From Antedon mediterranea (taxonomy: Eukaryota; Animalia; Echinodermata), in NCBI RefSeq assembly GCF_964355755.1, contig NC_092674.1, forward strand, positions 2,976,001 to 3,040,000: a stretch of DNA of 64,000 nucleotides. The letters are read 5' to 3'. This document shows positions 24,340-38,231 of this stretch, piece after piece. Made by a program: the position numbers and the translations under genes. The notes under the pieces are model-generated. The model saw only the letters and a list, made by a program, of their open reading frames with translations. It was not told the origin of the DNA and searched no databases. How positions within the stretch are numbered: position 1 is the first letter of the stretch; the number at the start of each line of letters is the position of its first letter.

Positions 24340-24983
24340 TTACAGTAGTTATCATCTATTATTATTCTGTTGCCCCATACCCGCTGATTCCTTTGGGTTC
24401 GTATCCAACCCTAGTCATCAGCGCAAGGCGGTGGTCTGAATGTATGAATGTTAGGCTAGTAATCTGGACATTGCGGGTTGGAGTAGCACTGGTATTAGTT
24501 ACTTGCGATTCGCCAGTGTTCGCAATAAGTTCTTAGCATACAATTACGTCAGAGATGGGGAAACATCTGACCAATGTCCAAGTATTATATCTCCTGCATT
24601 TACCGTTTATGTTTTTCTAACTAGCCCAATAGTTATAGTTATGTTGGTTGGGAGTTTAGTTTTGAGGGGTATTCATTCGTTGTAAGATTACTGTTGCTAT
24701 TACATCTAGTTAATTACTTTCTTTATGATAATATGCTATAGTATTGAAATACCTGTAATTTTAGCTAATTGTGTTGTTTAATTAAGTATCTATATAAATT
24801 ATATTTATTGATTCAATCCTGTTATGGGTGATTTTGGTCGCTGTTGAAAGAAGATGAAATAAAATTAAAAAAATTAAAAAAATTAATTTTGAAATCTGGT
24901 TTTGGGAGAGTTTGGTTTTCAGGTGGTTTGGTATTGGGAGAGTTGACTAATATGATATAACTTTAAAATACATGTTGACTCAC

Positions 24984-25227
24984 ATATCCTTCAGGGTGTA
25001 ACTTCACAAGGAACCTCTTCCTTTTAAAACTAAGCTTTCTGATCTTGGCCCAGGAAAATGTGTTGATCTTCATGTTGTTCTGAAATACAGACACACCTTG
25101 GCTTGTCACGGCGAGGAACAGTTGAATGTTCTCGTAATCTTTTGCAGGGAACGTGTGAACTCCATACATCTCCAGCCGACGGGCTACATCCAAGAGGTTG
25201 AAGTCTGCATCAGCTGGTGTCTGTCCA
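24984..25227 (-). CDS. FARP1/FARP2: FARP exon 7 (FERM-M/C), 244 nt
   Basis: tttcag|[30 protein letters not shown]...[16 protein letters not shown]|gtgagt; phase 2-0; overlaps track ORF 24963..25193. Confidence 0.96.
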
Positions 25228-25536
25228 CTGAAATATTTGTATAAGAAAATATTAAATTATAAATTAATTATCAAATATGATTCACAAGTATCTATTCTAT
25301 ATTATATACCGTGCATGGCCTTGTATAATCTCAGTTGGGTGGGATAAGGGGGGTGAGACTATTGGATTGCATTAACAAAGTTTTATGTTGAAATCTTTCC
25401 TAAATTCACTTGAGCATGTGAATATACTTTGATCATAAATGGTTTATTTCTTAAGATGATTTGTTTCTCTCATTTATAAAAAAATGAATGCATGATTTAT
25501 CCTTTTTTTAATATCGTAAAACCTGCACAAACTTAC

Positions 25537-25657
25537 AGATGGTTTTTGTGGTATTCTTGTATCTTAGACTCCAACTGCTTTGTTTGGTTCGGTACAAATT
25601 TGATTGTGATATATCTTCCATCATCGTGTTCTGCTGGGTTGTAATCGCCAACTTCCG
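25537..25657 (-). CDS. FARP1/FARP2: FARP exon 6 (FERM-M), 121 nt
   Basis: ttgtag|(A)EVGDYNPAEHDDGRYITIKFVPNQTKQLESKIQEYHKNH(L)|gtaagt; phase 1-2. Confidence 0.95.
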
Positions 25658-27059
25658 CTACAAAAATAAAAAAACAATTTTATGCATATTTTCTTGAAAC
25701 AAATTAAATTTGAAAAAAAATGATAATATAGATTACTTGATTAAAATATCATTGATATTATTCATCATAATTTAGAGGCTGACATGACGATAGCTTGGCA
25801 ACTTACCTGTAGAAACGTGTGAAAGCATGGTAGAGGCAAATGAGTGTATCTACCTAACGACACTCCCTTAACGCCGTTGGTCATTATTCACTACGTTTCG
25901 TTCGTGCATGATACAAGTTTAAATCATTTTGCCTATTCGACTGGGACTTTAATATAGTCTCTCTCTCTTCCTTAATACGTTTTTCATCATTCCGACATTA
26001 TGCTTTCCCCGATTTGTTCTGTTTTTGCCAGGATGATTTGTTATATTATTATACAATATAATTAGTAGTAGTAGTAGTAGTAGTAGTTAGTTATTCGTTG
26101 TATTTTTATTTCCAAACAATTAAATTACAATGGCAGCCATTGGCTGGGATGAAGTATTTAAAACAGTAGTGGTTTTTAAAATATTTGACTGTAATGTTGG
26201 AATAAAACCCACTGCTGGGTAATGATAAACTAATTGCGCGGAAACAAATTTAATTACAGCTAACACACTAGCTCTATTCTATGTAATGTCAAACGTAATA
26301 CTGTAATGTCAAATGTATTACTGTTGTAGCATATGGTTAATGTTACTCAACGTTTTACAATGGGTACAATACCAAGACTCACCTCACAATAAATGAATTA
26401 AATAAAAATGATTTATGAGGGTGTAATGCCAAAATACCTTGTTCTGAATTCACCTGTTTAAAGGTTTACAACGCTAATGACATTTAAATTCTCAATGTTG
26501 GTGAGGCCACAAATATGAATTTATAATACCTACAATAAATTGATGATGACGTGCTATTAACTACATCATTAATAAGTTCCAATTGCAACCTAGTTATAAA
26601 TGCGACATATTTTTAAAGCTCTGTCTACACTATCAAACATTTTTTTCACATGAAGTTTGATAGTGTAGACATAGCTTTATACAGTTTTTAAATATATACA
26701 AAAACTCCTCAACTAGGCTGCGCTAAACCTGACCAGACACTATTGTCCTTGTCATATTTAATTCACTATCAATTTATAATATGTGAATACACAGCATGGG
26801 GCCTGACGACTTCATCACCATCACATAATTAACTTCAATTTTCTTTGTAAAATTCATTTAAAATCATTTACAAAATATTTAGATTGGGCTTAAATGGATG
26901 TAACCAAACCCTAGCGTCATTTGCAATACTACACTTTTGAGAAGTTCTTACATTGCCTTTACAAAATATCAGTTTCAAGAAGTTCATGCAAAGGGCCTAC
27001 TGTAAATACCTAAATTTAGTTTATTTTTTTTACCATATTTAATGAGGGTGATCCATCCA

Positions 27060-27245
27060 GCAATTGCGGAATTCACAAGACAAACATATTATACACAAGA
27101 TGCTCTAAATAAACAAAGTCTTATTACAAATCTTTTGGAGTGGAGTTGTAATTTTGTCCTTGGGAAAAATCCTGACATGTGATGGGAATTGAACCCAGGA
27201 CCTTTAGAGTGGTAGCCAAGCATCATAACCACCAAGCCACAACTG
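27060..27245 (-). mobile_element. Old tRNA-derived SINE
   Basis: Minus strand A box TGGCTTGGTGG and B box GGTTCAATTCC; body shared with a fragment at about 393-463 (ttcacaagacaaacatat...aaacaaagtcttattac...ggagtggagttg). Confidence 0.6.
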
Positions 27246-27278
27246 CACTTCATTTACTGTAAGTACATACTTGACTGT

Positions 27279-27483
27279 TTTATTACCTCCACTAGAATGG
27301 TGAGAGAGGTTATGTGGTCGATCACGTGTGTTTGTTGTTTCTATTTGTTAGCAGGATTACTAAAAAAGTTAATGCCAAAATTTCATATGATTTTGAAGGA
27401 TGGTTTAATAGCTGTATGGGAACATGTCATTAAATTTTCATATGCCTAGACGGAGGGTTGCGCTCTTGGAGTTCCCTTCTAGT
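27279..27483 (+). mobile_element. Short degenerate HINE/Helentron-type element (second family)
   Basis: Starts ttattacctcc...gaggttatg followed by tgtt/tgtg simple repeats; ends cggagggttgcgctcttggagttcccttCTAGttt. Confidence 0.55.
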
Positions 27484-27799
27484 TTATAGAAGTAGTTATG
27501 TAAACCAAGGTATAAGGGGTTCATACACTTAACTTTCTTATGATATAAAATCAATGAAATTTCAGGTTTAGCTTTTATGATTTATTTTGCAAATTTTATT
27601 TTCAAAGTTGTCTTGAGCACAATACAGTATTATGAGATGTCAATGTTGTAATACAATAAAGGGTCAGAGGTGGGTGTAAGCTGCCATGGGTTACGCCACA
27701 CAGTTATTAACCTTACACCTAACACAACAACCATATTGAGCGAAAAACATGTTATTTCAAAACGTGAACTTGGACCTTTAAAACATCATCAAAACTTAC

Positions 27800-27897
27800 C
27801 TTGTAAAACGTATGAAGCCATAAGCGCTGCGGTGTTCTCGGAACATGGCAGCTTACCGTTGGCAAGGTCCTTCTTAATTTGAAGAGCATAAAGGTAT
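27800..27897 (-). CDS. FARP1/FARP2: FARP exon 5 (FERM-M), 98 nt
   Basis: tgtcag|[32 protein letters not shown]|gtaagt; phase 2-1. Confidence 0.95.
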
Positions 27898-30049
27898 CTG
27901 ACAAGAGAAAAGAAAAATAATTCCAAAATAATAATCAATCAAAAATAACAACATTATCTTAAGGCATTTTGAATTATGGTTCTTTGAGAAAAAAATTCTA
28001 TGTTGTATTTCATTATTTGTGAAAACGGCAATAAACTGATAAATGAGCTTTAAAATCTACCCATGGATATACAGTATCATACCCAACAATTCTTAAGAGG
28101 TATTTATTAATGATAAATGTGAACATACTGTAGGCCTACAAAACCACTACTTCAAGGTCACAAAAATTGGGTTAATGAATAATATGTTGATATTTTATGT
28201 AAGAAATAACCTTGAAGTATGACAACTTCAGAATTAAAATGTTGACATTTATTATACCATCAAATTTGCTTATTTATATCAAGTTATCTCATAGCCATTT
28301 GACTTTTAACTGGAGGATAATTTAACTAGTCTGGAGTTTTCAAGACGGGTTATTTTAAATTAAACATTTTACCAACGTTTTTAGATTTTTTCTTTAAGTA
28401 ATTCTTTAAAATGGAAGCAGCTGTTAAAGATACATCCTCTGAAGGAAATGAAGATGACACCAACTTGACATGACCTTATATGACCTTGTGTCACTTTTGT
28501 TTATCTCTTTAATCTTTGTTTATCTGTATATTGTTATTGTCTTAGAATGGAACAATATTCTAAAATAGGTTTAATATTCCATACTGTGATTGAATTAAGA
28601 TTACACAAGGGAAAGAACAAAGAACACAATAAACTAACAACAATCTTATTCTTCCTGTCATCATTGGTGTAAACAGGAAGGGGAATTCCCTAATGATGTA
28701 CTTCTGTCTATACTAAAGTATTATAAGTAACAACAGGCAGCTAGCAAGAACACTAGAATTATCATTATCTTCATACTGTGCAGAGTCTCAATTGATAGTC
28801 ACACATGGGTTGGTCACATTTACTGTATGTAGCTGGGCTTCCTAGTTTTTTTTTAAATTTTATGTTCCACATGTTTCATATTCACTGTTACCCAATGAGA
28901 ATAGTCAAATATTTGCGCCATTTAGAGACCTTTTGAAATTAGGTCAAATTGAGATATTGTTTTAGTATTTTAAAAATAAAAACAATTTTTTTGCGATCCA
29001 AACCACAATAAATTGGGTTAGCTTTTATACCATTTTTTTTATATCATCGACGAAAACTGTTTTCAGAGGTGCCATTTCTAGTGCCAAAGAAATATTCTTA
29101 AAAATAGTTTTTCTTGCAGCAGAAATAGCAAAATTAATAGTTTCATTAAACCACAAGTGATGGTTTTAGAGGCAATCAGACAAATCTTTCACAGGAACTG
29201 GCAAATTATTTTTAACCCATCATTTCCAAATTAATTACAACACACTGGATTGAATCGTAAACTTAATTATGCCAGACCTCATGCTTAAAAAAAGAAAGTT
29301 TAGAACAAAGCCAGGCCTAAGTGTGATTCATATAATGAGGAAATTCTGATTTCCCAGGCAGGAAACTCTAAACATTTGCCCCGGAATAGATATCCAATCC
29401 ATACCTATAAAGATCGCTAGGCTGTACTCTTTACCTTGTGTTAGACCTACCACCAGCTTTCTGTTTACAGGATGTAGAATATGGTAAATATTTATACTAC
29501 TATTGGTAACAGATTCAAATTTAATTTCTACCATTTCATGACTAAGGGATAATATCATACAGATATTTATGGCGCAAGTGTTGAACTTACAAGTTTAAGG
29601 TCATAAATACAGAGATGATACTTGATGATTCTTGTTCATGAGCTTTGTAATGTTGTTATAGAACTAGTACACTTTTTCCCAAGGCCTGGAAATCCCTATT
29701 CCCTCAAACTTAGAAGGTTGTTATTTTATCTAATTCCGTTTCTTTTATATTAGCAGGTTTTGATTCCCCATGTTTTATCTTTTTTTTTTTTATTCATAGA
29801 CTTTCATTACAATTTATGGAGCTACTGCATTGTAACAGCCATAATGATACATAACAATTAAAAAAAACCTTTAAAAAATGTTTGATTTTGATTTCTTTGG
29901 AAACAATACTTGGCCAATACCATTAACAAGGCGCTCTTGATTTTCGAAGACATTTGACACCTGGACTTAGAAACTACCAAAACTGTGTTGATGAATCAAA
30001 TGTGAAAGCACATTCCAATCACAAAATATGATGTAACAAGTTCTTATGT

Positions 30050-30308
30050 CATAGGTCAAATTGAAAGCAGCTCCTTACTTAAAATGTGAAGCAGTCTTTC
30101 ATTTTTTAGTTAACATGTCAAAGGTCAAAACGAAAGCAGCTCCTTATTTATTTTGAAGCAAAGTTTTTCCATTTTTGAGGAAACATGTGAAGGGTCAAAA
30201 CGAAAGAAGCCCCTTACTTAATGTGAAGCAAAGTCTTTTATTTTTTAGGTAACATGTCAAAGGTCAAATCGAAAGCAGCTCCTTACTTAATGTGAAGCAA
30301 AGTCTTTC
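30050..30308. repeat. About 68-bp tandem repeat, 4 copies, next to the exon 4 donor
   Basis: Unit aggtcaaaacgaaagcagctccttacttaatgtgaagcaaagtcttt...acatgtca. Confidence 0.85.
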
Positions 30309-30335
30309 TTCCATTTCTACTGTTTGTTTACTTAC

Positions 30336-30414
30336 TTTGTGAATTCATCCTGAAGCTGGCCTGGGTCAGGAATGTAAAATTTGACAGTAAACAAAAAGTT
30401 TGTTTTCTTTGGAG
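30336..30414 (-). CDS. FARP1/FARP2: FARP exon 4, 79 nt
   Basis: tttcag|(A)PKKTNFLFTVKFYIPDPGQLQDEFT(K)|gtaagt; phase 1-2. Confidence 0.95.
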
Positions 30415-31994
30415 CTGAAATGAGAAAGAAAAAATAAAGTATTAAATATTTACAGTCAATAAAGCTATCTAAAATCAACTTTAAGTTGGTTTAGAAGATA
30501 TTCAGCAAGGAAACCGGTATGTATTATTATTATTCTACATTCTGAAAACAGTAAACTAAGCATGTTTTAAAGACCCAAATTAAAACACTTATTAATTATA
30601 GTTTAATAAGGTTTGAAAGCTGTACAAACTTTAGAAAATTAGAACAATATATAATTAATTAATACTATACAACATCCACAAAAAGAGGAGGGCGGAAAAC
30701 TGACCAAAAATCGTTATATAAAACAATTTCAGTATAAATCTAAATATGAAATTCTACACAAATATACTTGGTTTTATTTTGTGGTTGTCATATACTGTAT
30801 ACACAGCATTAACTACTGTGCGATTGTCATACTTAATAAGCCAACATTTCCAACTTTAGTTTAAATACTTATCTCTCCTGGGAGGCAGACTGAACTAAGC
30901 TAAAAATTATGAAACTAAGGGACAACCTCGACAATAAATATTAAATAAAAATACTATTATAACACAATATATTTGAAAATATTGTATTCCTTATCTTTTT
31001 TAAAAACACCTCTTTGTTGTACATATATTCAAGCATTTAAAATAGATGAAAGAAATAGATTTTGATTGAAATGTTGCTCAAACTTAAAATCTGATTTATA
31101 ATATAAATGAAATAGTTTGGACTACCTTTAAAGGGATCACCCACTGTTATCAACAAGTAAATTTGATTTGAAAAGAAATGCAAATAAAATGAACTTTGTT
31201 ATCTATTCTCTTTTTTTTTATACAGTACTTTCTAAAGTTTAACAACTGTATTGTATTCATTATGCTAGCATAAAGATTAAGTAAGATAGCTATATCTTTG
31301 CAATACTGCCAACATCTAAATCCAGGTCTGCTGCTACCTACAACACAATAGCTTACTTAAGCTCTGTCTACATTATTTGACAAAAAAAAGTGTGATGTTC
31401 TCAAATAAGGTAGTGATATGACATCATCATGTTCATATAAGGGCACATTACATTTTTTTGTCACATAAAGTTTGATAGTGTAGACAAGGCTTTAGATTTT
31501 AAATTAATGGCAATCCTGGATTTTCAAAACATACATTTGTTTCGTGCTCATATAGTAAAATGATCATCATCTAAAATCAATAATTATAGCAATAACAAAA
31601 TATATTAACCCCTACATCATAAATGATACAACACATTCTAGTTGACCTCTGACCTCTCCAAGCTATAGTGAGGTCAAACAGATTTCCTAGGCTTACTATG
31701 TCTGCTTGTGTAACATTCCAAACTACTATTCATGCTTTTATCAGTATTATATAATTTCAATGACAGCTCTGTTTAAAAGCCTCAACATATCCAGACCAAC
31801 TTTAGCTTTAAAATATTCAACACATTAGTGGTGTATGGTAGCTATAAAATAGTTATTACGATAAATGGTAAAGCCTGTTGGAAACTTTCTAATAGTAATA
31901 CTTTATTGATGATATTTGGTACAGGTCAATCGGGTAGCTGTTTATTATAGGTCTACAGAATGTAGGAAAAACTTAACTTAAAAGCAAGTATTAA

Positions 31995-33546
31995 AGGGGG
32001 ATTCTGGGTTTAAAATTGATTTTAAATATCGTTTATTTATTAAATAAAAAATATTATAACAATATAGACATGTCAGAATGAAGAAGTAATAACGAGAAAT
32101 TAAAAAAAATTAAATTTCATATACATTTTAGGGTAAATTCATGGAAAGTCTGTTTTTCAGCAGCTTAGGGAAGCTCATTAATATTCATGAGATATTCACA
32201 AAATCACGTCACCAGTGGATTCCAAACTCGCGACGTCATGTACGTTGTCTTTGTCAACTAATTTACATCTCTCTCCCCCCGTCAAACGACGACCACCCGA
32301 TCATTGTGAAATACATTTTTTGTAGATTTTCTAAGCTAGGCCTAAAGTGTAATAATAACAGTAGTAGCATATATTTATTTGACATTTAATGAAATACAAA
32401 ATTTAGTACAGATTACGGAGTCATAAATTATACTATTTTTATACCTCTATAGTACAGATCGTATTATCGGCTTCACGTACAATACTAGTTACTACTCGAG
32501 GCCTAGCCTAATGGGCGAGAGCCATTTTGACTAGGGATTCCATGCCACGATGGCTACGTTAAAACAGTGGGGCCCATAGCCCTAGCTAGCCTACTACTAG
32601 ACGATTGGCCCATAAATAACAAAACCCATCCTATCAACCAAACTCATAAACAATCTAAACCTAAAACGTTCTACAAAATCGGCTGTAATTGAAGCAAAAC
32701 AAGGTCCGATCGCCGTCCAATCGTCTAAAATAAAATAGGCTTAGTTTACTCTCCAAAAAAGCGGATACTCATGCATCAAGCAAGTAGACCAGGTAGTAGA
32801 AAGGAGACCTAGCCGATCCGGCCCAGTTAAAAATTGAGCTAGCTAGTGTAGTAGCTCAAGAATTGATACTACCAGGCCTTTTACTATAGGCTGCACTACA
32901 CAAATATTCCAACTCTCTCATTCAAGCTATATTATCTATACCATTCCGGTAGGTCGAGTCGACCTTCAATCAAATACTGTATATCGTTCATGTTGTGATT
33001 ATAGACGGGACGGGGTATACTCGACCCGACCAGTTTGGTATTGTTGTATCTGCTTATCACGTGACGATGCCAGGCATGGGCAGCAGAGAGAGCACGTGTA
33101 TCGTCGTCTCGCTCGATCCGATCCTCAGCAGGAATGTACAGTATACGTTACGCTTCATTGATTTTGATTTTTCCCTAAGTCGGTGCGAAAATCGGCAAAC
33201 GTAAAGTGCAAACATATCAAATTTTTCACTATTTTGATGAATTTTCATAAAAAATTGACTTTATAAATGGGAAGACCGACTAAAATTACATCAGATAAGT
33301 ATAATTTTACAAAAGTAATTGATATGGTTAATGATAACGAGTCGTCGGAAGACGGACCATTTCACGAATTTCCTATTTTGTAACCACAGTGTGATTTTGC
33401 CGTAGCTGCACTTGTAATCTGGCCTGATTTCACAGCCTTCGTTCTGCTTCACTGGGCACTTATATAAATTGAAACTTTTACCGTTCAAGAGACAAACAAA
33501 TATATTTTACATTTTTTACTATTCATTTTAAACCCGGAACCCCCCT
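31995..33546. mobile_element. Kolobok-like non-autonomous DNA transposon
   Basis: TTAA on both flanks (31991-31994, 33547-33550); imperfect TIRs agggggattctgggtttaaaat / attttaaacccggaacccccct with AG...CT termini; CpG-rich interior with no long ORF. Confidence 0.75.
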
Positions 33547-34350
33547 TTAAACTCTCTCCACACTATCGAACTATTAATGTGCCCAAATAAGGTAGTGATA
33601 TGCTCAAATATGGTAGTAATATGACATCATCGTGTACAGTATGGGCACATCACATTTGTTTTGTCACATAAAGTTTGATAGAGTTTGTGTAGATAGAGCT
33701 TTAGACAATGTTATTGTCAATGTCAGTCAGCATACACAAACAAATATACAAACAAATCTAAATTAAACTCTATTTTACTTCAAGTTCAGAAAGATGAAGT
33801 GAAGAAGCATGAAAATTAGAGAAAAATGAGGAACAAGATAAGTGGAGGAGAGATGAAATACATAAAGAAAGAATTATTATAATAGAAATATTATTAATAA
33901 ATCAGTATATGGAACATTATAATCGGAAAACTCCTTCGAATAGAGTGTAAATAGAAATAAGAAAGATATGAAGAAGTGGAATAGAAAGATTATTGATAAA
34001 GCATTATAAACCGTATATTAAAGTCAGTTAAATAACTTGAAATAGAGTGAAAATAGATATCAAAATGCTGATTACTGTTCTCATGATTGATGGAAGGATT
34101 AAATAATTCTCACTTGGTTTATTTGAATAAATACAAATTTCTTTCTCATGAAATTCTTATTTGAAGAATAAACCTGTATCAATCATGATTCATTAAGATT
34201 TTTGATCCAATTCTTCAAAAGTGAATTTATAAATACTGTCAACTCTCTATCAGTCACAATTATAACAAGCTTTGAAACCTATAAAGCCAGGATTATAATG
34301 TAGAATATATTGTTTGAAGGTTTGCATGGCGAAATCAAATGAGAATTCAT

Positions 34351-34397
34351 TCTCACTCCTGAGGACGATCAAAGCATATTGATCGAAACGTTGAGAA
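34351..34397 (+). ncRNA. Minimal type I hammerhead ribozyme motif (Penelope-like element type)
   Basis: ctc-CTGAGGA-c-GATCAA agcata TTGATC-GAAA-CGTT-gag: both core boxes, a 6-bp stem II, a palindromic ACGT stem III and a short stem I. Confidence 0.62.
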
Positions 34398-36128
34398 ACT
34401 TAACAGTTATTTTCATATATATGGTGTACCGCAAACTTTATATCAACAATGTACTGTAAAATTGTTGTGTAGATAACCTAGCACTGTAGTAGTATATTGC
34501 TTGATCTACTGTAGTTGTGCAGGGTAGAGGGTAGAGTCATCCCACCCAGCATAAAGCTTATTTTAAGGCCTAGCAAATATCTCAATCACAACTACAGTAT
34601 GGGTGACCTGGTTTAACGTTAGAAACAAAATGTTGTTATATTTAAATCATATTATTATGTAGAGAATCCTAGTAGTACTGTAAGAGTATAGATTGCTTGG
34701 ATGTACTGTAAATGTGCTGGGCAGAGTCACCCCACCTAAAAACCTTCCACCCAGCTAAAAGAATATTTTAAGGCATTGAAAATATCATAACCATGTGCCT
34801 AAGAAAGAACCTCTTAAACTTAGCTTTGGTATAACTAATATGTTGTTATTATATATTTTAAATCATTTACTCCAAAAAAGTCCTTCTCTGAAATAAACCT
34901 ACATTTTATATAAGACAAATTTGCAAAAGTATTTTAAGCACACGGAACTGCTTTTTTTTTTTCTCGCAATACTGGGTTCCTTTCATACAGCATAAAAATG
35001 CTTAATTTAAAAACAGATTTGTATCATCTATATAAAGGATGTTTTTCCAGCACAAGGTCATATGGCAGACACTTATTCTACGTTTAACAAACTATTTTCT
35101 AAAACTATGTTGGAAATTGTAAAAAAGACAATACAACTCCAGAATAACAAAGGACTTGCACAAAGCATAGAATCAAAGTATGCTGACAACAGACAATTGA
35201 TAGTAGATCACAACAATAGCTAACAATTTTTATTTTATAACTAAAGAGAACTAGCAAGCACAGTAAACATGGTAATGTCATAATCCAATCATGGAATAAT
35301 GCTCACTAGCATTTGATATTTAATCATAAAGCTCTGTCTACACTATCAAACTTTATGTGACAAAAAAAAAATTCTTGTATAGCTCTAAAAAATTGTTTAA
35401 ATTATACTTTAAATTGTATTTCCATTTGAAGGGTCAAGGATTTGAAAGTACAACATTTTCTTACACAAATTTTGTTACAAATTTGCAGAAGTACTGAAAC
35501 TTGAAAGTATTAGGAAAGATATGCTTAAATAAAACATTGCCTACAGCAACGCGGTGACTGATCTATTATATGCTAATGCAATTTAGACATATTGTTCTGT
35601 GTGTCTGGTAATATTTTCAATAAAGCTATATGATCTCTGCTATTTGTTCAAGTATCTTCTTTATAATAAACAATCAAAAAGGGCATGTTTAAAGTAACGG
35701 TTAATAAAAATATAGAATCTATGTTATTCCTTACCATTACTGTTCGTCTGTGTAAATTGGCCTTTAAGTCTGTTGTAAACAGAGCATGATGAATTCAAAC
35801 GAAGAGGAGTTTATGTATAAAACACGATAGCAGTGGAACTTATGACTAATGAAAGCATCATAGTCCAGTGAAAATGATGTTTACAAATTACAGTAAGCAA
35901 TCTATGTATGCCACCAAATTATGTCTCAAAATTATGTCAGTTCAACGTATTAATAGATTTAATTCATCCGAGTTATTTCAAATGCACGACGATCAAACAA
36001 ACAAGTTATTAATTTGTCCTAATAATTTACCAAGCATAATTTGGTTTCAATATTCTACTATTATCATAGACTTTGAACATCTACTTTGATGGTAGGATGC
36101 GAAAAGATGTTGGCAGAAAATGATTCAA

Positions 36129-36342
36129 AAGTGTCCCTTTAATAAGTGTCCCTTTAATTAGTGTACCTTTTAATTAGTGTCCCATCAATGTGTCCCTTTA
36201 ATAAGTGTCCTATTAAATATGTGTCCCTTTAATAAGTGTCCCTTTTAATAAGTGTCCCTTTTAATAAGTGTCCCTTTAATAAGTGTCCTTTTAATCAGTG
36301 TTTCTTTAATAAGTGTCCTTTTAATAAGTGTCCCTTTAATAA
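36129..36342. repeat. 15-16-bp minisatellite
   Basis: Unit aagtgtccctttaat; the inverse motif (attaaggggacac / attcaggggacac) recurs at about 8720-8835, 10270-10380 and 41560-41720. Confidence 0.9.
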
Positions 36343-37288
36343 TGTATAGAGCCAGCATTTATATACAGAAACAATAAATTATCCTGAATTGTAGTTTTTG
36401 CCAGAACCATCAATCAGATTTGAAACATGTTTGCCTGATAAATTACTTGCAAAGATGTGTCCACAACTTTTACAGCAAAACTTGGCGACTGTTGTGTGTA
36501 GAATTTGTACTTCACTTTTAAGTGCATTTCAACGGGCAATTTAGTAAAGGAAATAAAGTAAAATGTATGAATATATAGTAATCATTATCTGCAAGATGCA
36601 TTGACTGTCAAGCACAATATAACAGTCATTCTATCAAGTCCAAATAGGAGGGCCAATGAAGGATATTATTTTAGGAGTTTAGGAGACAGACATCTTCTCG
36701 AAAACTTGGTCCCCACTTTTACGAAATGACGTCGGAACAACTTAAGTGTAGTTGACCAATCACAAGTGACAGTTTGGATGATCCATCGTATCGTGATTGG
36801 TCAAATTACTTGCACCACACTTGCGATTTGTCCAAGTGGGAGCCAAGCTTTAAGGATGTGGTTGAAGATGGTCTAGAAACTATCATTATCCAATAGGGGT
36901 GCTATACTTCTTTTCTATTTTTTCTCTTTGGAGAGATACATTATTGCCAGTTTATTCGGGTAAGCTAGGAACGCAATAGCCTGTGTGAAACCCAATTACA
37001 TTGACAGCAAGCATAGACATAAACAGATGCAATGTGTATCACACATTGCCATCTCAAGCAATTTGTAGATATAGTTCAGGAACATGGTGTTAGCACTTAC
37101 AATAAATAAGTAGGTCCATTAGCAACAAGGTCAACAAAAGTATCTCCATAAAGAAAAAGCATCAAGATCCCTGTTATCTACTAAAGTGAACTTGAAGCAT
37201 ATTGGACATTCTTGCATGCATCTTTACATGAGAGACTTTTAACGGATTCATTGAATAAAACAAGATATTCTATCAATTTCTATATCAT

Positions 37289-37352
37289 CTAGATTTGAAC
37301 TCGTCACTTTGAGAAAAAAAGATTCTTACAATCACATGGGTTATCCGCAACA
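37289..37352 (-). mobile_element. Miniature deletion derivative of the HINE at 59073-60672
   Basis: Reverse complement gttgcggataacccatgtgattgta...caaagtgacgagttcaaatctag joins the 5' and 3' end motifs of the long copy. Confidence 0.6.
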
Positions 37353-38231
37353 AAAGTGTTAACAAAAATATATTAACACTTAACAGGGCTCGAAATTCAA
37401 CCTAACAAACTAGATATTTTGCTAGTACATAGACGTTGAAATTTCTAGTTGAAAATGTAAACACATTGTTAGCTGATCTAAATTTTTTTGGAATACTACT
37501 ATAAACTATCAAAATAATTACTTTTTAGTCTAATAACAGACTTGATGATTGTCAATATTCTACTTCATGTTGTAGTTAATTATTTAATTTACTAAAACAT
37601 GATTTGTTGGGTTAACCATTTTGGTTGTTGTTGACAACTACACTGTAGCAAAGGTTTGTAGTAATAAAAAAAGTGCATTCAGAGATATCATATCAATGAC
37701 TAAATTTAATTACTTTATTATATACAAATTCTGAGATTTTTGTATTGCAATATCTTTTATAAATAATACAATACATTTTTATAATGGTATTAATAATATC
37801 ATCAGGTGCTTAATTATATTTGAAAATGGCTCTTAATGTCAAGCGCAAATATAAGTGATAAAATATATTAAAACGATAAGTAATTTAAAATGAAATGTTT
37901 TGTCAAAGAATGTTATAAAATGGATTGTAAATTGATGGGATTGTTATGATTGCTTTCTCAACATGAATTTACCATTAGTTGCTATGGCGATTAAGATATC
38001 GTCGTTATTAATCACAATTGCTATGCAACAATCAGGAACGGTGTATGGATTGTTGAAACAGATAATACCTAATGGAATAATGTTTTAGAATAAGACATAC
38101 TGTAAAAACAAAAATGTTTGCATTGGTTGCCGATTTAAGTTCAGACACCCCAAGCTCTAATTTATTTTTTAAATTGGGGAAAACCCGTGCCAACATTATT
38201 GTATACTGTTATTACTACATACTCTATATAA

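Noticed and set aside
24380-24425. Minus-strand ctgatga hairpin as a hammerhead, SECIS or C/D box element
   Set aside because: Followed by GAAT rather than GAAA, no apical AA for a SECIS, and no D box.
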